DNA of 64,000 nt from Candidatus Binatia bacterium (GTDB taxonomy: Bacteria > Acidobacteriota > Terriglobia > Acidiferrales > UBA7541), in assembly GCA_035517515.1 (NCBI GenBank), contig DATIYQ010000181.1:12747-76746 (forward strand), given 5' to 3'. The position numbers were made by a program, and so were the translations under genes. The notes beneath the pieces are model-generated. The model was not told the DNA's origin. It saw only the letters and a list, made by a program, of their open reading frames with translations, and searched no databases. Positions 57,829 through 64,000 of the stretch are shown here, one piece after another. How positions within the stretch are numbered: the first letter of the stretch is position 1; every line of letters begins with the position of its first letter.

Positions 57829-59001
57829 TCATTTTGACGCGGCGGCGGCCAGGGCGCGGCGGGCAATTTTTCGGGTGGCGCTGCTGATGGGCCAGCGTTC
57901 AACCCCGGAGAGAGGGAGACGGACGCGGCCACCGGGCTCGATGCGGGCATTTTCTGTGCGGGCCGCGCCCAACGGGACCTCCGGCAATTTCTCCACGGGC
58001 ATCAAGTAGGGCAGCAGGGTAACCCGGCGGTACGTGACCGTATGGCGCGCCGGGGCCAGCGCAAATCCAGACGGCGGTTCGATACGCAAGGTGTTCCTCA
58101 GGTGGAGGCGCAGCGAAGCCTCTGGTGACGCCTTCACCCGCACGGCAGGGAATTGCCACATGCGAGAAAACAGGCCGTTGCCCGAGCCAGGTTCGGGGCC
58201 CACCAACAGCGTGTACCCGCGGGCGTCGAGCAGAACCGCCGCGGCCAGCCGCACGTCTTCCGGCCCTCGTTTTTTCCGCGGCGCAGGAATGCTCGCTTGC
58301 AGGTTCAGGGCACGCGCGCGACAGAAATTGGACACGGGACAGGTACCGCAGGAGGGGGCACGCGGCGTACACACGGTGGCGCCCAGTTCCATCATTGCCT
58401 GGTTCCAATCGCCCGGCACAGGCCGTGCCAGCAAGTGCTGTGCCGCGGCCTCGAGGAGTTTCCACCGCCGGGGATCGCGGAGGTCCCCGCGCACCGCGCC
58501 CAGGCGCGCCAGCACGCGCGCGACGTTCCCGTCCAGCACGGCCAGCGGCACGTCATACGCGATGCTCAAAACCGCCGCGGCCGTGTAACGCCCCACACCG
58601 GGCAGCGCGAGAGCCGCCTCCAGAGTTTGCGGAAACCTTCCGGAGTGTCTGTGCACCATCTCCCAGGCGGCGCGCTGTAGATTGCGTGCCCGGCTGTAAT
58701 AGCCCAACCCGGCCCAGGCCTGTAAAACGTCCCGTTCCGGCGCCCGTGCCAGCGCGCGGACGTTTGGGAATCGCGCCTGGAACCGCCGGTAGTAGGGCAG
58801 CGCCGCGGCCACGCGCGTTTGCTGCAGCATCACCTCCGAGATCCAGATGCGGTAGGGGTCGCGCGTCTCGCGCCAAGGCAGCGCGCGCTTGTGGGCGTGA
58901 AACCAGGCGAGCAGGTTGCGGCGAAACGCCTGGAGCTGTGCGGGCCGCGGTACCGCCGGTGGCACTGCCGCACTTCCAGCGCCGCGGGGCCTTCGGGACA
59001 T
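57829..59001 (-). CDS. mutY: A/G-specific adenine DNA glycosylase
   Basis: LPWRETRDPYRIWISEVMLQQTRV. The HhH-GPD motif is LPGVGRYTAAAV, the 4Fe-4S loop is CTPRAPSCGTCPVSNFC, and a NUDIX-like C-terminal domain follows. Confidence 0.9.
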   Translation of the reverse strand: MSRRPRGAGSAAVPPAVPRPAQLQAFRRNLLAWFHAHKRALPWRETRDPYRIWISEVMLQQTRVAAALPYYRRFQARFPNVRALARAPERDVLQAWAGLGYYSRARNLQRAAWEMVHRHSGRFPQTLEAALALPGVGRYTAAAVLSIAYDVPLAVLDGNVARVLARLGAVRGDLRDPRRWKLLEAAAQHLLARPVPGDWNQAMMELGATVCTPRAPSCGTCPVSNFCRARALNLQASIPAPRKKRGPEDVRLAAAVLLDARGYTLLVGPEPGSGNGLFSRMWQFPAVRVKASPEASLRLHLRNTLRIEPPSGFALAPARHTVTYRRVTLLPYLMPVEKLPEVPLGAARTENARIEPGGRVRLPLSGVERWPISSATRKIARRALAAAASK

Positions 59002-59079
59002 GGTGATGTTCTATCACGCGCGCCCGGCGCGCCGGTAGCCAGGAAGAATGCGAGGCGGGCGCGATGCCCGGTCCGGCCG

Positions 59080-60399
59080 CTACATGAAAATCACGTAGGC
59101 GCTGGTCCAGAGCTGTGTGGGTACGGTGCCGCGCTCCTGCGAAGTCAGGATGATTTTGAACAGGTGCGGCTCTTCCGGCAGGCGGGCGAGCAGGGAATCA
59201 CCGGGCGCGGCGACGCGCGGCGCGATCACTGCCAGGTCGCGCAACGTGGCCCAGATGTTGTCTGAGGCGCGAGCCATGGGGGCGATCAGCCGCTCCGTGC
59301 GGTATTCCAGCTCCGCATCCAGTTCATAGAAATGCCAGGCCAGGCACGCGGCCAACTTCACCCCGCGCTCGAAGCGCTCCAGTTGCGCGGCCGTGGGTTG
59401 GTGCCGTCCTGCTTCCGGAAACACCAGGGGGTCGAACACCAGCACCACCTGGCGCTCGTCCTCGCGCGCGAATTCGCGCACCTTCAGCTCTCCGGTGCGC
59501 GCCGTGGCTTTCCAATCCACATGCCGCGCGCTGTCCGAATTCTGATAATCGCGGATCGAGTAGAGGTCGTGTCCCCGCCCGCGATGCAGGCTTTCGATTT
59601 CTCCGCTCACCATCGGCAGGATTTCGTAGAACTCCTCGGTGGGTTCCACCACTGGATACACCAGCGCCTCCACCGGCGACTCCACGCGCCGCCATTTCTC
59701 CAGGAAGCCAAACGGGAACTTGGTGCGGAGCACGAAGGCGTCCTGGCGGTAGATGCCCCGCCGTGGAAAGAGCAGTTCCACCTGCTGCCGGGCGTGGGAA
59801 TGCCGCGAGACGTAGGGAAAGTAAACCGGGTCGCGAAACACCGGCGGCACTGCCTTGGAGGTGTCCGCACCCACGCGCAACGAGAAGGAGGGCAGGCTCT
59901 CCTTGTGGTTGAACAGGGTGATCGCCGCCAGCGCCGGCTGGCCGGCAAAAATCTGCTCCGGCAGCTCAATTTCGATCTCGTTGCCGGTGAGCACGATGGT
60001 GGAGAGCACCCCGCTCATCAGCAGCACCGCCAGCATCGCCGAGAGAATCAGGAACAGCAGGTTGTTGCCGGTGTTCAGCGCCGCCAGGCCCATCATCAGC
60101 AGCACGGAAACATAGACAATGCCCTCGCGCGTCAGCCGGAAGCGGATCTGCACCACCATCCAGCGCAGCGCGGTGCGCCGCGCCAGCGCCGGAACAATCT
60201 TCACTCCCACCCAGCCGGCGATTCCCAGCGCCAGCGCGGCCATCACCGCCGCCAGCCGCATCTCCCCGGACTCGCGAGCCGCCGCGGAATACAGGGCCAG
60301 CAGCAGGGCCAGGCCCAGCGCGCCCATGCCCAGCCCGAAGTTTTTCCATCCGGGCTGGTCCACCCGGGCCCACCAGCGGGAAACAAGCGTTTGCGGCAT
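59080..60399 (-). CDS. DUF58 domain protein (MoxR-associated, vWA-like)
   Basis: Tracked 439 aa ORF with N-terminal TM helices. The DUF58 core is IRDYQNSDSARHVDWKATARTGELKVREFAREDERQVVLVFD. The start overlaps the MoxR stop by 1 nt (TGATG). Confidence 0.88.
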   Translation of the reverse strand: MPQTLVSRWWARVDQPGWKNFGLGMGALGLALLLALYSAAARESGEMRLAAVMAALALGIAGWVGVKIVPALARRTALRWMVVQIRFRLTREGIVYVSVLLMMGLAALNTGNNLLFLILSAMLAVLLMSGVLSTIVLTGNEIEIELPEQIFAGQPALAAITLFNHKESLPSFSLRVGADTSKAVPPVFRDPVYFPYVSRHSHARQQVELLFPRRGIYRQDAFVLRTKFPFGFLEKWRRVESPVEALVYPVVEPTEEFYEILPMVSGEIESLHRGRGHDLYSIRDYQNSDSARHVDWKATARTGELKVREFAREDERQVVLVFDPLVFPEAGRHQPTAAQLERFERGVKLAACLAWHFYELDAELEYRTERLIAPMARASDNIWATLRDLAVIAPRVAAPGDSLLARLPEEPHLFKIILTSQERGTVPTQLWTSAYVIFM

Positions 60400-61349
60400 C
60401 AGAGAGGTACGCGCGTGGAATCCAGGATTTCCTGGAGGATGGTTTCCGTCTGCTCCGATTTGCGCTGCGTGGAGACGTAGCGCGAATTCAGCACGATGCG
60501 GTGGGCAAAGACCGGCACTACCAGGCGTTTCACATCGTCCGGCACCAGGTAATCCCGCCCGTCCAGGAAGGCGCGGGCCTGCGCCGCGCGGTGCAGCATC
60601 ACCGAACCGCGCGGGCTCACGCCCAGCAGGACGCGCTCGTCTTTGCGGGTGCGCTCCACGATGGCCAGCGCATAATCGAGCAGCGCCTCTTCCGCACGCA
60701 CCTGGGTCACCACTTCCTGCCAGCGCACCACGTCTGCCGCGTCCATCACCGGGCCGCCCATGGCCGCCAGCGCGGAGGCGCCGTCGCCGCGCATGATCTC
60801 CTTTTCGCTCCCCGCCGCCGGATACCCCATGCGGATGCGCAACAGGAAGCGGTCGAGCTGCGATTCCGGCAGCGGGTAGGTGCCGTGATGCTCGATGGGA
60901 TTCTGGGTGGCCAGCACAAAGAAGGGTTGCGGCAGCGGGTGCGTCCGGTTGTCCACGGTCACCTGGGCCTCGTTCATCGCCTCCAGCAGCGCCGACTGCG
61001 TCTTCGGGGTGGTGCGGTTGATTTCGTCGGCCAGGACCAGGTTGGCGAAGATAGGCCCGGGTTTGAACTCGAACTCCTGGGTCGCCGGCACGTACACGCT
61101 GGTGCCGATCACATCGCTGGGCAGCAGGTCTGAGGTGAACTGGATGCGCTGGAACGAGCAGCGGAAGGAACGCGCCAGCGCCTGCGCCAGCGTGGTTTTT
61201 CCCACCCCAGGCACGTCTTCAATCAGCAGGTGCCCGCGCGCCAGCAGCGCCACCAGCGCCAGTTCGATGGCCTCGTCCTTGCCGCGCACCACGCGGGCGA
61301 TTGCCGCGCGCAATTCGCCGAGTTGACTTGCCGCCGTAACCGGTGTCAT
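60399..61349 (-). CDS. MoxR-family AAA+ ATPase
   Basis: Walker A EDVPGVGKTTLAQALA and Walker B LVLADEINR. The MoxR-typical TQNPIEHHGTYPLPESQLDRF segment is present. Confidence 0.93.
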   Translation of the reverse strand: MTPVTAASQLGELRAAIARVVRGKDEAIELALVALLARGHLLIEDVPGVGKTTLAQALARSFRCSFQRIQFTSDLLPSDVIGTSVYVPATQEFEFKPGPIFANLVLADEINRTTPKTQSALLEAMNEAQVTVDNRTHPLPQPFFVLATQNPIEHHGTYPLPESQLDRFLLRIRMGYPAAGSEKEIMRGDGASALAAMGGPVMDAADVVRWQEVVTQVRAEEALLDYALAIVERTRKDERVLLGVSPRGSVMLHRAAQARAFLDGRDYLVPDDVKRLVVPVFAHRIVLNSRYVSTQRKSEQTETILQEILDSTRVPL

Positions 61350-61352
61350 CAG

Positions 61353-61381
61353 TTGAAAATCACTTTCCCTTCTGTTACAAA
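61353..61381 (+). promoter_or_regulatory. Candidate sigma70-type promoter for tRNA-Val
   Basis: TTGAAA (61353-61358), 17 nt spacer, TACAAA (61376-61381). It is an AT-rich island about 22 nt upstream of the tRNA. Motif match only. Confidence 0.4.
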
Positions 61382-61403
61382 CAGTGGAATGCCTGATTCG
61401 TAC

Positions 61404-61480
61404 GGGCGATTAGCTCAGTTGGTTAGAGCGTTCCCCTCACACGGGAGAGGTCCAAGGTTCGAGCCCTTGATCGCCCACCA
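61404..61480 (+). tRNA. tRNA-Val (anticodon CAC)
   Basis: 77 nt cloverleaf folded by hand: acceptor GGGCGAT/ATCGCCC, D arm GCTC-AGTTGGTTA-GAGC, anticodon arm TTCCC-CTCACAC-GGGAG (CAC), T arm CAAGG-TTCGAGC-CCTTG, encoded CCA. Confidence 0.9.
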
Positions 61481-61562
61481 CTTTCCTTCGCTCCGCGCCC
61501 GTTTGCGGCGGAAACTTTCCGGCCGATTCCTGCCCGGAGCACCAGTGTAGCGGAATCGGCAG

Positions 61563-62054
61563 ATGACCTCCATTCTCCGTTTCCTGCTCCTTTTTTCATT
61601 AGGCACCTGGGTAGGCGCCGGGCTGTTTGTCACCCTGGTGGTGGCCCAGGGCGCGTTCCGGCTGTTGCCTACGCCGGACCTGGCCGGCGCGCTGGTCGGG
61701 TACACGCTTACCCGCCTCCACCTGGTGGGTATCGGCGCGGGCGCGGTTTTCCTTCTTGCCGCGGCCGCGCTCGCGTCCGCCTCGGGCCAGGCGGTGTCCC
61801 GCGCCGCCATTCTGCTTGTGGTGTTGATGATCGTGCTCACCGCGGCCTCGCAGTTCGGGGTCACTCCGCGCATGGACGCACTGAAAGCGCAAATGGTTGC
61901 CGCACATGGTTCAATTTCCGCTACTCCGCGGGAAGGTCCCCTGCGCTCCGCCTTCGGCCGGTTGCACGGTGTATCCGCATCCCTCGAGTTGGCCACGCTG
62001 CTGGCCGGTGTCGCAGCATTTTTTCTTGCTGCGCGGGATCTCGGCCATGCCTGA
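61563..62054 (+). CDS. DUF4149-like (TMEM205-like) four-helix membrane protein
   Basis: Tracked 163 aa ORF with four hydrophobic helices. It starts MTSILRFLLLFSLGTWVGAGLFVTLVVAQGAF. The family call is by overall resemblance only. Confidence 0.6.
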   Translation: MTSILRFLLLFSLGTWVGAGLFVTLVVAQGAFRLLPTPDLAGALVGYTLTRLHLVGIGAGAVFLLAAAALASASGQAVSRAAILLVVLMIVLTAASQFGVTPRMDALKAQMVAAHGSISATPREGPLRSAFGRLHGVSASLELATLLAGVAAFFLAARDLGHA

Positions 62055-62105
62055 TCCCGCCCGCGAGCTTGCGCCGCCGGCGATTCGCGGCGCGAGAGGC
62101 CGCGC

Positions 62106-62654
62106 ATGAGAGTGGCCTACCTGGACATCGAGACCGATTACGTGGGCGCCCACACCGGCCAGGATCTCTTCCGCGACTACAAGAACCACCGCATCACCGT
62201 GCTGGGCGTGCGCGTGCTCGAGGGCGAGCGCGACGAATTCACCCAGCTCATTGACCAGAACATCTCGGCGATGGCCCTGATGAAGATCCTGGAGGGAGTC
62301 GAGCGCATCGTCACTTACAACGGGCGCTCCCAGCCCGACCGAATCAAGAAAAGCGTGGGCTTCGACTTCCCGGTCATCTCCGCGCAGTTAGGGGTTGTTC
62401 TGGACGCCGAATTCCCGCACACCGACCTGGTGCCGGAGTGCTGGCAGCGCGGGCTCTATGGCGGACAGAAAAAAGTGGAATTGGCCCTGGGGCTGAAGCG
62501 CTCGCTCCCTGGCCGCGATGGCGCTTGGGCCACCCAAACCTGGCGCAAGTACAAGGAAACGAGAACGCCGATGTTGCTCCGCGAGCTGCTGCTCTATAAC
62601 AAGGAAGACGTCTTCATGCTCCGGGAGATCGAAAGGGAACTGAAGGTGGCCTGA
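62106..62654 (+). CDS. RNase H-fold / DEDD-type predicted 3'-5' exonuclease (YprB-like, RNase_H_2 family)
   Basis: Tracked 182 aa ORF with exo motif I YLDIETD, motif II TYNGRSQPD...FDFP and motif III LLYNKEDV. Confidence 0.72.
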   Translation: MRVAYLDIETDYVGAHTGQDLFRDYKNHRITVLGVRVLEGERDEFTQLIDQNISAMALMKILEGVERIVTYNGRSQPDRIKKSVGFDFPVISAQLGVVLDAEFPHTDLVPECWQRGLYGGQKKVELALGLKRSLPGRDGAWATQTWRKYKETRTPMLLRELLLYNKEDVFMLREIERELKVA

Positions 62655-62719
62655 GCGGCCGTCCGGCCGGACCCAATTTCTTCGCCGCGCAGGATTCCGC
62701 GGCATCCATTCCCGCTGGA

Positions 62720-63406
62720 TCAGAGCGTGTTCCGCGGAAATATGAATGCGATGGCGATCGCGGCCGCAATCGGATTGCCGTGCAACGTTGCGGAATTGAA
62801 GCTCCACGTTTTCACCGCCTGGATGGCCGCCTGATTCAACCCCGGCACGCCGTGCACTACGTGCGCCTGGGTCACCTGCCCGGACGCGCCCACCCGGACG
62901 CTCAGCACTACTGTCCCCCACGCCGTCGTGTTGGATGGATAGAGTGCCCAGGACGCGGAATTGATGGTCGGGGGAACGAAGCCCGAGGAGTCCGCCGTGG
63001 GAGTGAATTGCGGGGGATCCAGTTCCAGCGGACTGAACCCGGTCCCCCCGGGGTTGTATGGATTCAAGACCGCGCTCACGTAAAAGCTGGTGGGCACCGC
63101 GCTTCCGCGGGCCATCGCCGGCGAATAGGTCCAATTCTGAACCGCGCTACGGACGATATTGGTCACCCCAGGGAAATTCCGCTCGATCTGCACATTTTGA
63201 ACTTGCCCGTTCGCGTCCAGACTCAGCAACAGCGAGGTCACTCCGACGGCCATCGTATTCATGGGAATCGGGATGTCACTCGCGTGGGCGACGTTGGCGG
63301 GAGTAAAGCGCGGGCTCGCAGGTGGCCGCGCCGCCGCCGCCCCGGCCAGTAACAGGATGGGAATCACCCCCAGTAATGCACCGTTCACCACTCGTCGAGA
63401 GTTCAT
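62720..63406 (-). CDS. Signal-anchored protein with two tandem TonB C-terminal-like domains
   Basis: ATG 63406 (MNSRRVVNGALLGVIPILLLAGAAAA) within tracked ORF 62720..63805. The two modules are GQVQNVQIERNFPGVTNIVRSAVQNWTYSPAMARGSAV and GTVVLSVRVGASGQVTQAHVVHGVPGLNQAAIQAVKTWSFNSATLHGNPI. The upstream 133 codons are R/S-rich and look non-coding. Confidence 0.7.
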   Translation of the reverse strand: MNSRRVVNGALLGVIPILLLAGAAAARPPASPRFTPANVAHASDIPIPMNTMAVGVTSLLLSLDANGQVQNVQIERNFPGVTNIVRSAVQNWTYSPAMARGSAVPTSFYVSAVLNPYNPGGTGFSPLELDPPQFTPTADSSGFVPPTINSASWALYPSNTTAWGTVVLSVRVGASGQVTQAHVVHGVPGLNQAAIQAVKTWSFNSATLHGNPIAAAIAIAFIFPRNTL

Positions 63407-63710
63407 AGTTTGGCCGCTCCTGGGTCTGTCCCCGTTTCTCAACTCGCTGGGCGGCCCCGCGGCCAACCCATCGCTACCATTCCGCCTCCGCGCCCTGCCT
63501 ACTCTACACCGGTTGCCCGCGCGACCGGCGATCCCTGAATTGATCCCTCCAGTTTCTGCTTCAGTACGAGAGGTACTTCGGTGCCATTCCTCTTTCAGGC
63601 CGCTCCGGGCCATAATGCCTGCCGGCCGAAACGGGGCTTTACCCTCACATGCCTGACTACAAGTTTCGCGACGGGATGGACGCCGCACGATTCCACGGTG
63701 ATCACTCGTG

Positions 63711-64000
63711 ATGCTTCCGGCTGCGAAGACACTTGCCGACGTGCTGGAAGTGGCCGAGGGCAGCCGCACCGCCCTGGTCTGCCCGGAGCGCGGAATCCGC
63801 GTCAATTATCATTCGCTGCGCAGGCAGGTGGCCACCCTGGCGGATATCCTGGCCGGCGCCGGGATTCGCCGCGGCGACCGCGTGGCCACGGCACTTCCCA
63901 ATGGACTTCCCGCCGCGGTGAGTTTTCTGGCGGCTGCGCGGGCAGCCACCGCCGCGCCGCTCAATCCCGGATATCGCTACGACGAATTTCGCTTTTTTCT
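63711..64000 (+). CDS. AMP-dependent synthetase/ligase (acyl-CoA synthetase family), N-terminal fragment; continues past the window end
   Basis: Hand translation from ATG 63711: MLPAAKTLADVLEVAEGSRTALVCPERGIRVNYHSLRRQVATLADILAGAGIRRGDRVATALPNGLPAAVSFLAAARAATAAPLNPGYRYDEFRFF. This is the typical N-terminal layout of adenylate-forming enzymes. It is absent from the track because there is no stop in the window. Confidence 0.72.
   Translation, partial: MLPAAKTLADVLEVAEGSRTALVCPERGIRVNYHSLRRQVATLADILAGAGIRRGDRVATALPNGLPAAVSFLAAARAATAAPLNPGYRYDEFRFF

Noticed and set aside
63407-63805. N-terminal extension of tracked ORF 62720..63805
   Set aside because: The composition is R/S/G-rich with no signal or domain. 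The signal anchor and both TonB_C-like modules follow ATG 63406.

Overview
GC-rich bacterial chromosomal window, densely coding, mostly housekeeping. The gene content (many TPR/secreted hypotheticals, MoxR-DUF58-transglutaminase, HD-GYP, paired M16 peptidases) fits an Acidobacteriota-like diderm, but that is only an inference. I support about 55 protein genes, 2 tRNAs (Ala-GGC, Val-CAC), a perfect CIRCE operator upstream of groES-groEL, one strong intrinsic terminator, and a few AT-rich promoter-like islands. I saw no rRNA, CRISPR array, transposase, integrase or prophage signature. Many long ORFs in the track are antisense shadows of real GC3-rich genes, and several tracked ORFs carry spurious N-terminal extensions, so I re-derived starts by frame arithmetic. 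The most interesting locus is 45.9-52.2 kb. Two tracked ORFs are really one Tat-exported formate dehydrogenase catalytic subunit, joined by an in-frame UGA at the position where FdnG-type enzymes carry selenocysteine. The next gene is an unusual single polypeptide fusing an FdnH/HybA-type 4x[4Fe-4S] subunit to a HybB/NrfD-type membrane quinone module, with an internal duplication of that module's first two helices. Lower-ranked oddities include an orphan MlaF-like ABC ATPase translationally coupled to an APC permease, a GT2/unknown secreted protein/MFP/RND block with no outer-membrane factor gene in the window, a stand-alone histidine-kinase ATPase domain, an RclA-like flavoprotein next to msrPQ, and mutY inserted inside a MoxR-DUF58-transglutaminase cluster. 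All homology statements rest on motif recognition by eye and memory. No searches were run.
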